Shown here: piece after piece, positions 54,272 through 64,000 of the stretch | Layout: every line of letters starts with the position of its first letter | Position numbering within the stretch: the stretch's first letter is position 1 | Assembly (NCBI GenBank): GCA_963651555.1 | Contig: CAVJQD010000001.1 | Coordinates: 965-64,964, forward strand | Direction of reading: 5' to 3' | DNA length: 64,000 bases | Source of the DNA: an uncultured Clostridium sp. | Lineage (GTDB): Bacteria > Bacteroidota > Bacteroidia > Bacteroidales > Paludibacteraceae | Notes under the pieces: generated by a model | Told to the model about the DNA's origin: nothing | The model's input: the letters and a program-made list of their open reading frames with translations, nothing else | Database searches by the model: none | Program-made: the position numbers and the translations under genes

Positions 54272-54314
54272 GGGCATATTTTCCGTCTAAACAATACCAC
54301 CCAACCAACACCCC

Positions 54315-54446
54315 ATTCGTCCCGAAAAGTGTAAGAATCACCTCAACATTCGTCCCGAAAAGTGTAAGAATAGAGTCAATGTTCGTCCGAAAAAGTGTAA
54401 GAATCACATCAACATTCGTCCGAAAAAGTGTAATATCCATTGTGTA
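54315..54446 (+). repeat. 33-mer tandem repeat, 4 units
   Basis: ATTCGTCCSGAAAAGTGTAAGAATCACMTCAAC-like units at 54315, 54348, 54381 and 54414. Confidence 0.85.
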
Positions 54447-54462
54447 ATCGATTTATATATAG

Positions 54463-54470
54463 TACCTTTG
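54463..54470 (+). promoter_or_regulatory. -7 promoter box TACCTTTG
   Basis: TAnnTTTG match 17 nt after the 33-mer array and 48 nt before the ATG at 54519. Confidence 0.5.
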
Positions 54471-54518
54471 CAGCGTCTTAAGGAAACAGAAGTTTTTACA
54501 CATCAAAAACAAGGGTTT

Positions 54519-55811
54519 ATGGAACGATTAGTATACAAGCAATTAGTTGCATGGAAACAGAGTAAGCAACGCAAACCGCTCATTTTAGAAGGTGCTCGGC
54601 AAGTGGGCAAGACCTGGCTCATGCAGGAGTTAGGCAAACGAGAATACAAGAACTATATCTACATCAACTTCGACCGAGACGCATGGGCACAGTCTTTGTT
54701 CGACCATGACTACGACATCAGTCGCATACTCTTACAACTCCAAGCACAGACTGGAAAGCGCATCATTGCAGGTGAAACTTTGATTATCTTCGACGAGTTA
54801 CAAGAAGCACCACGTGGTTTAGGCGCATTGAAGTATTTCTGCGAGGAAGCACCCGACCAACATGTTATTGTGGCAGGCTCCCTTTTAGGTATCACGCTAC
54901 ACCAAGGCCAGTCCTTCCCTGTCGGTAAGGTAGACATCATTCGGGTCTACCCGCTCACCTTCCTCGAGTTCCTACAGGCTGCAGGAGAAGAAGTAAAAGC
55001 CGAATGTATTGCCAATCACCAGTGGGACATACTCTCTTCCTTAGCATATCAATATGAAGAGTTACTTAGATATTACTATTTTGTAGGCGGAATGCCAGAA
55101 GCCGTTGCCTCCTTCTTTACAAACAAAGACTTAGAAGAGGTCCGACAAATACAACGAAACATACTTGTCGGTTATCGGAACGACATCAGTAAGCACGCCC
55201 CTGCTCAAGAGGTACAACGGATATTGATGGTGCTCGATAGCATGCCCCACCAACTAAGCAAAGAGAACAAGAAGTTCATCTATGGTGTATTGAAGCAAGG
55301 CGGTCGTGCCAAGGAATTCGAGTTAGGCATACAATGGCTTATTGACGCCGGAGTTGTATACCGCATCCCAAGAGTAACAGAACCACGGATGCCACTGAGT
55401 GGATACGAGGACATGACTTCGTTTAAGTTGTTCATGCTCGACTGCGGATTGTTAGGCTGCTTAGGCAAAGTGCCCGCCAAACAAATGATCATAGGCGATA
55501 ATATCTTTGTCGAATGGAAAGGCGCATTCACCGAACAGTATGTACTACAGCAGTTCATGATGACCTATCCCGTCTACTATTGGAGCAGCAAGAACAGTGA
55601 TTGCGAGATCGATTTCCTTATCCAAACCGACGAACGCATCATCCCTCTGGAGGTAAAAGCAGAAGATAATGTCCATGCTAAGTCGTTTAAGCGATTCATA
55701 CAAGGACAGTACCCCGAACTCAAAGGGATTCGGTTGAGCATGAAACCTTTCATCGACCAAGGGTGGATGGTGAACATCCCTCTCTATGCAGCAGGAGCAT
55801 TACCGGTATAA
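54519..55811 (+). CDS. AAA-family ATPase with a DUF4143-type C-terminal domain
   Basis: Walker A GARQVGKTW, Walker B LIIFDELQ, and a C-terminal nuclease-fold-like region (EIDFLI...IPLEVK). Confidence 0.75.
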   Translation: MERLVYKQLVAWKQSKQRKPLILEGARQVGKTWLMQELGKREYKNYIYINFDRDAWAQSLFDHDYDISRILLQLQAQTGKRIIAGETLIIFDELQEAPRGLGALKYFCEEAPDQHVIVAGSLLGITLHQGQSFPVGKVDIIRVYPLTFLEFLQAAGEEVKAECIANHQWDILSSLAYQYEELLRYYYFVGGMPEAVASFFTNKDLEEVRQIQRNILVGYRNDISKHAPAQEVQRILMVLDSMPHQLSKENKKFIYGVLKQGGRAKEFELGIQWLIDAGVVYRIPRVTEPRMPLSGYEDMTSFKLFMLDCGLLGCLGKVPAKQMIIGDNIFVEWKGAFTEQYVLQQFMMTYPVYYWSSKNSDCEIDFLIQTDERIIPLEVKAEDNVHAKSFKRFIQGQYPELKGIRLSMKPFIDQGWMVNIPLYAAGALPV

Positions 55812-55987
55812 CCCACACCCTCATATCTTCCTTCAGAGACGATAAAAGGAAAAACAGCACGAAGAAGCAATACACCCAAACCGTCATAAACCCCGTTTTT
55901 CTTCGATCTAACAAACAAACACCATTTCCGGCAATTTACCGTACTATTTTTGAACCCGCAATCCTTGCGAGATACAAGAGAAATGAG

Positions 55988-55995
55988 TACTTTTG
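55988..55995 (+). promoter_or_regulatory. -7 promoter box TACTTTTG
   Basis: TAnnTTTG match 47 nt upstream of the gyrB ATG. Confidence 0.5.
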
Positions 55996-56003
55996 CAGGG
56001 TGA

Positions 56004-58079
<2,076 letters not shown>

Positions 58080-58092
58080 AGAAGACCACGCT

Positions 58093-58635
58093 ATGAACAT
58101 TGCCGTATACTGCAGCGCTAAAGACCAGATACCCGAGGAGTACAAACTCTTGGGTACCCGCTTAGGCGAGTGGATAGCCGAAGCAAACCACACGCTCGTC
58201 TTTGGCGGTGCCACAGGGGGACTGATGAGTTGCGTATCGGAGGCTGCTTTTTGCAACAAGGGCAAAGTCATTGGCATAGTGCCTAAACGCATCATACAAG
58301 CCGGACGAACATCCAATGCCTGCACCGAACTCATAGAGGTAGACACTATGAGCAAACGCAAACAGCAGATGAGAGACTTGGCTGACCTCTTCGTATGCCT
58401 ACCAGGTAGTTATGGCACCCTCGACGAGATGTTCGATGTCATAGCAGCAGGCACCGTGATGGAGCACCATAAGCCGCTCTATATAGTGAACTATAACGGG
58501 TTCTACTCTCCCCTAAAGGTACAGGTGGAGCACATGAAAGAACTGCAGTTTATTCCCAAAGATGAAGTATACCAACCTCAATGGGTAGACAGTATAGAAG
58601 AGTTGATTGCGATATTGGAAAAGAAAGATAACTAA
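58093..58635 (+). CDS. LOG-family (TIGR00730) nucleotide phosphoribohydrolase
   Basis: GGATGGLM and PGSYGTLDE motifs. ATG at 58093, after the gyrB stop. Confidence 0.8.
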   Translation: MNIAVYCSAKDQIPEEYKLLGTRLGEWIAEANHTLVFGGATGGLMSCVSEAAFCNKGKVIGIVPKRIIQAGRTSNACTELIEVDTMSKRKQQMRDLADLFVCLPGSYGTLDEMFDVIAAGTVMEHHKPLYIVNYNGFYSPLKVQVEHMKELQFIPKDEVYQPQWVDSIEELIAILEKKDN

Positions 58636-58652
58636 TTAAATAACACACCTTT

Positions 58653-59972
58653 ATGAACCTTTTCTTCAAAAAACTAACAGGAAAACTTCTAAGCACAGAG
58701 AAGTTAGAAGCCATCATTCAACAAAACAAAGATGATGTTGTTCGTTACCGCCAAATAGAGGCATCGGACACACTCAAAGAGTACAACGAACTAAAAGAGA
58801 TCATAGAGGCTCCCGAGTTCCAAGAGAAGAAACGCAAGTTGACCACCACTAAGTATAACGACACCGAGGTTCATCATACCCTCAAGCACCTCCGCAGCCT
58901 CGACAAGAACAAAGAACTGCAACTCTTCCTCTATGTGAGCAAGAGCGAACTGCTCGACGAGTACCTCAAGTTCCGTCAGTCCGAGGACTATGTGAAGTTG
59001 TCCGACAAAGAGTCGGTGGCACAATCGCCCGACCTCAAGCGTATGCAGAAGTTCGAGAAGTCGAAGGCTTACCTCACATGGAAAAAGATAAGCGAGACCG
59101 AACTGCCTAAGGAATACCAAGACCTGCAGGAGAAAACATCTACCGAAGAGTTCAAGCAAGAGAAACTATTCTGGAAGAACCCCCGTCGCTGGTTGACTAC
59201 TCCTGAATACAAACAAGAATGCCGTTTTGCCGAGTTAGCAGCCTCCAAGGATATCCGCTTCTTCCTCTCGCAGAAGAAAGAGAAGATCGAAAAGATAGAG
59301 TCCTACCAGACCTGCTTCTCCGACGACTTCGATTGGAAGAAGATGAGCGACTCCTTGTGGCAACCTGGCTTTGCCTACAAGAGCGATGCTCTCAAGCAAC
59401 AGCACTCCTTCATAAACGAGCACCAAGCCTACAACGGTGGCCATAACACCGGTACTGTGAACGGTTATCTTACTATCCTTACACACAAAGAGGAAGTCAC
59501 CGCTCCCGCTTGGGATGAGAAGAAAGGATTCGTTAATCACGACTTCGAATATACATCCGATGTCATACAAACAGCCAAGGCATTCGCACAAGAACAAGGC
59601 GTATTCATGGCAAAGATCCGCTGCGAAGGAAAAGTACACCACACCGTATCCTTAGGCTGCAACGAGAAACTGCCTTTAGTACATCTCTATAACTTCGACG
59701 GAAAGAAGATGCACATCGGCTATGCCGACAAAGATGGATTCAAAGGTGAGATAGTAACAGGTTTATCATGGAGCAAGTATTATATCATCACCCTACATTG
59801 GACAAAAGACGAGATGATATGGTACGTGAATAACATCGAAGTATTCCGCATCAATAAGCACCTACCTGCTCAAGCACTCCACTTCACCATCGCTTCGTTC
59901 CTTCCTAAAGCCGAGAAGCCTGCCGAAGGACATATCGACGTGGACTGGATACGCGTCTATAAGAAAGCATGA
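58653..59972 (+). CDS. Hypothetical protein with a helical repeat N-half and a ConA-like/GH16-fold C-half; no signal peptide
   Basis: C-terminal pattern ...LHWTKDEMIWYVNN...HIDVDWIRVYKK is typical of the jelly-roll glucanase/lectin fold. No ExDxxE motif seen. Confidence 0.5.
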   Translation: MNLFFKKLTGKLLSTEKLEAIIQQNKDDVVRYRQIEASDTLKEYNELKEIIEAPEFQEKKRKLTTTKYNDTEVHHTLKHLRSLDKNKELQLFLYVSKSELLDEYLKFRQSEDYVKLSDKESVAQSPDLKRMQKFEKSKAYLTWKKISETELPKEYQDLQEKTSTEEFKQEKLFWKNPRRWLTTPEYKQECRFAELAASKDIRFFLSQKKEKIEKIESYQTCFSDDFDWKKMSDSLWQPGFAYKSDALKQQHSFINEHQAYNGGHNTGTVNGYLTILTHKEEVTAPAWDEKKGFVNHDFEYTSDVIQTAKAFAQEQGVFMAKIRCEGKVHHTVSLGCNEKLPLVHLYNFDGKKMHIGYADKDGFKGEIVTGLSWSKYYIITLHWTKDEMIWYVNNIEVFRINKHLPAQALHFTIASFLPKAEKPAEGHIDVDWIRVYKKA

Positions 59973-61048
59973 AGATAGTCTTTACCATCAAGTCCATCAA
60001 CTTAGGTGGAGGATCAGAACGGTCCACTATCTCGCTCGCCAATGCCTTGGTGGAACGAGGAGACGAGGTGGTAATAATAAGTTATACGGGAAGCGATACG
60101 AAACCATTCTTTCGTATTGACTCCCGTATTTCATTGATATATCTTGCACCGCAACACGACCCATACCCCGTATTGGTGCGAGAAGCAAGGCGTATTAAGC
60201 AACTCAAACGAGTCTATCGACAACTGCAACCCGATGTGATTGTCGTCATTGGCACCACCCGTGCCTTCGTCAATATCCCAGCAACACGTGGGTTTAAGAC
60301 CGTCCACAAGGAGTACTTCACGGTGACTCACCGCGCACAACTCACCTCGAACCTATCACGACGCTTGACCGCACGCAACTCCGACGCTGTCGTTGTCCTG
60401 TCCGACTACGACGCACAAGTCTATAGCCAACAGTGGCACAATGCCTGTGTTCGCAAGATACCCAACCTACTTACCTTCAACCATCCTGCTCCCTCCGCCC
60501 TACGAAACAAAACAGTGATAGCCATCGGACGACAGACACGAGTGAAAGGATTCGACCTCCTACTCGATGCTTGGCGACAAGTAAAGCACACCGATTGGCA
60601 ACTGCACATCGTCGGTAGCGGCAGCGAACATAAACGCTTGCTCGCTCTGAAAGAACAGTATCGCCTTGATAATGTGGTCTTCACACCTGCCACACCCAAT
60701 GTCTTGCCCTACTATCAAGACGCCTCACTCTTTGTCTTACCCTCCCGTTCCGAAGCCTTTGGGAATGTGTTGACCGAGGCAATGTCCGTAGGACTACCAG
60801 CCGTATGCTTCGATTGCGGTGCAGGTATAAGAGAGATACTCAAAGACGGGGAAACAGGACTCCTCATCCCTGCGGAAGACACCCAAGCCATGGCAGCAGC
60901 ACTCGACCAACTGATGGATAACGATGCCCTACGCCACACCATGTCCACCAATGCCCTGAAACAAGTGAAACGCTTCGAGACAGAGACAATCGTGCAAGAA
61001 TGGCACGACCTTTTCAATAGCATCAGTCAAACCGCCAAACACCAATAG
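59969..61048 (+). CDS. Family 4 glycosyltransferase
   Basis: GGSERS N-terminus and the EAFGNVLTEAMSVGLP (E-x7-E) motif. ATGA overlap with the upstream gene. Confidence 0.85.
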   Translation: MKIVFTIKSINLGGGSERSTISLANALVERGDEVVIISYTGSDTKPFFRIDSRISLIYLAPQHDPYPVLVREARRIKQLKRVYRQLQPDVIVVIGTTRAFVNIPATRGFKTVHKEYFTVTHRAQLTSNLSRRLTARNSDAVVVLSDYDAQVYSQQWHNACVRKIPNLLTFNHPAPSALRNKTVIAIGRQTRVKGFDLLLDAWRQVKHTDWQLHIVGSGSEHKRLLALKEQYRLDNVVFTPATPNVLPYYQDASLFVLPSRSEAFGNVLTEAMSVGLPAVCFDCGAGIREILKDGETGLLIPAEDTQAMAAALDQLMDNDALRHTMSTNALKQVKRFETETIVQEWHDLFNSISQTAKHQ

Positions 61049-61051
61049 ACC

Positions 61052-61930
61052 ATGGATGCCGTCATCACCTATGTCAATGGAAACGACCCAGTGTGGCAAC
61101 ACGCGTATGCTGCCACCACCTCACAGACAGCTCTAAAGAAGCGATACCGTGACTGGGGATTCCTTCCTTTCTTGCTTCGAGGAATAGAACAGAACATGCC
61201 GTTCATCGAACAGGTGTTCCTCGTCGTAAGCAGCGAGAGCCAAGTGCCCGCGTGGGTGAACCGAAGCACCGTGCAAGTCATACTGCACCAAGACATCATC
61301 CCTGCCCAATACCTACCTACCTTCAATAGCACCACCATCGAACTATTCCTACATCGCATACCTAACCTCAGCGAGCAGTTCGTCTATTTCAACGACGACT
61401 TCTTCCCTATCCAACCCTTGCAGCCAACCGACCTTTTCCGAGACGGTAAGATAGTGACCCGCTTCAGTAAGCATCTCCTTGCCTCCAACCTATACAAGAA
61501 ACAGACACGACAATCCGACCGCATGGCTCGACTGGCGGCAGGCAAAAAGAACAGCATCCTTTTCATTCGCCCACAGCATACCATTGCTCCTATGTTGCGC
61601 AGCGTTAGTGCGAATATTTACAATATATTAGAGAAACAACTCTCTTCGCATATAACACCTCTGCGTAGACAAGACAATTGTAACCAGTACCTCTATACCG
61701 ACTATCTCTATCATACAGGGAAAGTCATCGCACAGCCTATCCCAACCAAACACTGCTCAATGGCTGTCTATAGCGCAGAGGCAATTGGCAATGCCATACT
61801 GCATTGCCAACGCAATATCATCTGCATCAACGATGTAGACATGTCCTTAGAGAAAGAAAAAGTAATGCAAGAGACTCTTATTCAAGCCTTTGAGCAGCAG
61901 TTTCCTCTGCCATCGCACTTCGAGAAGTAA
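61052..61930 (+). CDS. Stealth-family hexose-1-phosphate transferase
   Basis: CR1 DAVITYVNGNDPVW, CR2 LPTFNSTTIELFLHRIPNLSEQFVYFNDDFF, CR3-like RPQHTIAP and CR4-like ICINDVD. Confidence 0.8.
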   Translation: MDAVITYVNGNDPVWQHAYAATTSQTALKKRYRDWGFLPFLLRGIEQNMPFIEQVFLVVSSESQVPAWVNRSTVQVILHQDIIPAQYLPTFNSTTIELFLHRIPNLSEQFVYFNDDFFPIQPLQPTDLFRDGKIVTRFSKHLLASNLYKKQTRQSDRMARLAAGKKNSILFIRPQHTIAPMLRSVSANIYNILEKQLSSHITPLRRQDNCNQYLYTDYLYHTGKVIAQPIPTKHCSMAVYSAEAIGNAILHCQRNIICINDVDMSLEKEKVMQETLIQAFEQQFPLPSHFEK

Positions 61931-63125
61931 GGAGCAAGATACAGATTCCGTAGAGCAAAGGCGAGAAGAAAGAGTCGAAGCACGACTGCAATCCAAAGCA
62001 GGCTATCACCAATAGGCAGTAAGGTCGATTCCTACGCGGTAACATCTGCAACGGATATAAGAATATGACCACCAACATAGCCAGTCCTAATATACCGAAC
62101 TCCATCCACGCTTCTAAGAAAGCATTGTGCGGCTGCACAATCTGATAGTTACCTTTCTTCTCATTCTCAATACGGTTAACATAGAACGCACTCAACTCCG
62201 CATCAGTCTTAGCATCATGAATCAACATCTCTTTGGCATCGCATACGCCATTACCCAAGATAGGCGACTCAGAGATGACACGCCAATCGGCTTTCCATAT
62301 CAACCAACGAGGCTCATGCTCCAAATGCTCTGCCGTAAGACGATGATTATTCATCATCACCAAACCCGCAAAGCACACATACAGTGCTAAGACCGGTGTC
62401 AACACTTTCCAACCAAAACGGAAAGCGAATATCGCAACGAACAGCGCCATCAACAGAAGGCTTGTGCCTAAGCCAACACGCCCTTCCGAGATGCAGAGCA
62501 GATAGAAAACCCACAACGAGGCGATCACCACCACTATTTTCTCCCAATGCTGCAGTTTCTTCTGCATCAAGAGCCAGAAGGCAAACACAAGCGTGAGGTT
62601 CAAGTAGAGATTGAAATGCATGTGAGGTGCCACAAAAGCCTTACGAGCCTCCGTAAAGGTCACGGACTGCTCCGTCAAAGGCAACAGAAAATAAGAGAAA
62701 CCTATTCCACGAAGAATTGCGTACCACGATACCAGCACACAACTGCCAAGCATCACATATACAACAGGCTTCAGGCGAACCTCCCGACTCAATCCCATCA
62801 AGCCAATCACTCCACATAGGATAAATGGCGCACGCTCTTGCAACACAAACGAGAACCGAGGCGTCAGCGTATCGTCCATCAGATGCCACAATGGGATAAA
62901 GAGATAATAGAGAATCATGATCACCCATAGTCCTTTATTGATACCCCACTTCCAGTCCTGCCAACGCTTATTGATGGCATAATCGAGCAAGAAGAACACC
63001 CCTGCTACAACCATGATGACACGCTGAAACGGGCAAATATAGAAAATCAAAGAAGCTACCAATAACCAAAATGTGAACACCTGCAGATAGGCAATCAGTT
63101 GTGGGAAACGGACAGGACGCATCAT
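61878..63125 (-). CDS. O-antigen ligase/polymerase-family membrane protein
   Basis: About 10-12 TMs with a large loop containing HNAFLEAWMEFG (Wzy_C-like). Its 3' end overlaps the convergent Stealth gene by 53 nt. Confidence 0.7.
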   Translation of the reverse strand: MMRPVRFPQLIAYLQVFTFWLLVASLIFYICPFQRVIMVVAGVFFLLDYAINKRWQDWKWGINKGLWVIMILYYLFIPLWHLMDDTLTPRFSFVLQERAPFILCGVIGLMGLSREVRLKPVVYVMLGSCVLVSWYAILRGIGFSYFLLPLTEQSVTFTEARKAFVAPHMHFNLYLNLTLVFAFWLLMQKKLQHWEKIVVVIASLWVFYLLCISEGRVGLGTSLLLMALFVAIFAFRFGWKVLTPVLALYVCFAGLVMMNNHRLTAEHLEHEPRWLIWKADWRVISESPILGNGVCDAKEMLIHDAKTDAELSAFYVNRIENEKKGNYQIVQPHNAFLEAWMEFGILGLAMLVVIFLYPLQMLPRRNRPYCLLVIACFGLQSCFDSFFSPLLYGICILLLTSRSAMAEETAAQRLE

Positions 63126-63159
63126 AACAGTAGGTACAAGATATTGTCAAAAGTGGGCA

Positions 63160-63167
63160 CAAAGGTA
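63160..63167 (-). promoter_or_regulatory. -7 promoter box TACCTTTG
   Basis: Minus-strand TAnnTTTG match 34 nt upstream of the ATG at 63125. Confidence 0.5.
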
Positions 63168-63200
63168 CGGCTTATTCTTGGTTATACCAAAAATTGTCCT

Positions 63201-63208
63201 TACTTTTG
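63201..63208 (+). promoter_or_regulatory. -7 promoter box TACTTTTG
   Basis: TAnnTTTG match that ends 6 nt before the ATG at 63215. Confidence 0.45.
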
Positions 63209-63214
63209 CGGTGT

Positions 63215-64000
63215 ATGTCAAACAACTCATCCATATTCCGTTTACGCCTTGCCCATGCCGTAGCAAGAGGCATCCTCTACCCCGTGCTCTATTATGTTGT
63301 GCGATATCGAAAACGCGTGGTACGCAATAACTTACAGATAGCCTTTCCTAACGAAAGCAAACACCAACGTCTTCTATGGGAGAAAGAGTTCTACCGTGCG
63401 TTTGCCGACATGATAATGGAGATGTTAGCCGGTCGACACATAAAAGAAAAAGACATGCAACGCTTCGTCCACTTCGACCATCTGCAAGAAGTAGCCGAAC
63501 GCTGCAAGCACTATGGCGGTGGTTTCTTCATGCTCGGGCACTTCCTTAACTGGGAGTGGGCTGTTGACTATGCCAACCAATTCGCACCCTACGGACTGGA
63601 ATGCGCCAGCATCTACAAGCAGTTGAGCAACCATTACTTCAACGACCTCATACTCCGTATCCGACAACAACGAGGCGGAACACTCATTGAGATGGACCGA
63701 CTGCTGCGAGCAATGATAACCAACCGACGAAACAATGCCACCGTGGCCTATGCCATGCTGGCTGACCAACGCCCCAGAGTGAAGTCTGTCAAGTACCCTG
63801 TCACCTTCATGGGGCAATCGGTCGACATGCTTTTCGGCACCGAACAGTTAGCCAAACGCTTCGTCTACCCCGTCTACTATGTATCCATACTCTCCTCCGA
63901 GCGTGGGCACTACGAACTTGACTTCCATCTTATCTATGACCCAGAGACAGAACCCGACATAGCCGAAGGCGTCATCACACAACGCTTCACCTCTCATCTC
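63215..64000 (+). CDS. Lipid A late acyltransferase (LpxL/HtrB family), 3' end outside the window
   Basis: Frame open from the ATG at 63215 to the window edge (262 codons). RKRVVRNNLQIAFP and GHFLNWEW (HX4E-type) motifs. Confidence 0.75.
   Translation, partial: MSNNSSIFRLRLAHAVARGILYPVLYYVVRYRKRVVRNNLQIAFPNESKHQRLLWEKEFYRAFADMIMEMLAGRHIKEKDMQRFVHFDHLQEVAERCKHYGGGFFMLGHFLNWEWAVDYANQFAPYGLECASIYKQLSNHYFNDLILRIRQQRGGTLIEMDRLLRAMITNRRNNATVAYAMLADQRPRVKSVKYPVTFMGQSVDMLFGTEQLAKRFVYPVYYVSILSSERGHYELDFHLIYDPETEPDIAEGVITQRFTSHL

Noticed and set aside
54178-54447. 89-aa ORF with an 11-residue peptide repeat (FVPKSVRITST).
   Set aside because: The periodicity simply reflects the 33-bp DNA repeat. The ORF lies between divergent promoter boxes with no promoter or start context of its own.

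Overview
64-kb chromosomal window from a Bacteroidota genome, probably Prevotellaceae. This call rests on the Bat aerotolerance operon, a Na+-pumping methylmalonyl-CoA decarboxylase operon, a BspA-type LRR protein and recurrent TAnnTTTG promoter boxes. I can support about 57 protein genes. In order: a GGGtGRT-signature gene; the MoxR-DUF58-BatA-E operon plus a PAP2 phosphatase; an iron-sulfur flavoprotein and an LTXXQ protein; a large secreted amidase-like protein; rlmD; a MarR-TolC-HlyD-permease efflux unit; an envelope-glycan locus (CapD-like dehydratase, WecA-like transferase, ABC-F, deacetylase-like, WecB, two GTs, beta-helix lyase-like protein); a UPF0597 protein; the LRR protein; ispE; an orphan histidine kinase; mce-mmdADCB; a Fur-family regulator with a P-type metal ATPase; an SGNH esterase; ribF, ribD, prmC and recX; alkaline phosphatase; an AAA/DUF4143 ATPase; gyrB; a LOG protein; and a second glycan cluster (ConA-like protein, GT4, Stealth phosphotransferase, O-antigen-ligase-like, LpxL-type acyltransferase, which is cut by the window edge). 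I found no rRNA, tRNA, CRISPR array, transposase, integrase or phage genes, and no recognisable defence system. The unusual content is mostly non-coding. (1) A four-helix-bundle (23S-IVS/Avd family) ORF sits inside the mmd operon, bracketed by inverted arrays of 14-nt repeats. (2) A MITE-like element has 17-bp terminal inverted repeats and a deletion-derived mini copy. (3) A dispersed ~300-bp G-rich module has a 96-bp near-identical core. (4) AATTAAC heptamer arrays place stop codons in all six frames at gene ends. (5) A hairpin module brackets the efflux operon. (6) Nearly every long intergenic region carries its own short minisatellite. All functional readings of these elements are inference from the sequence alone.
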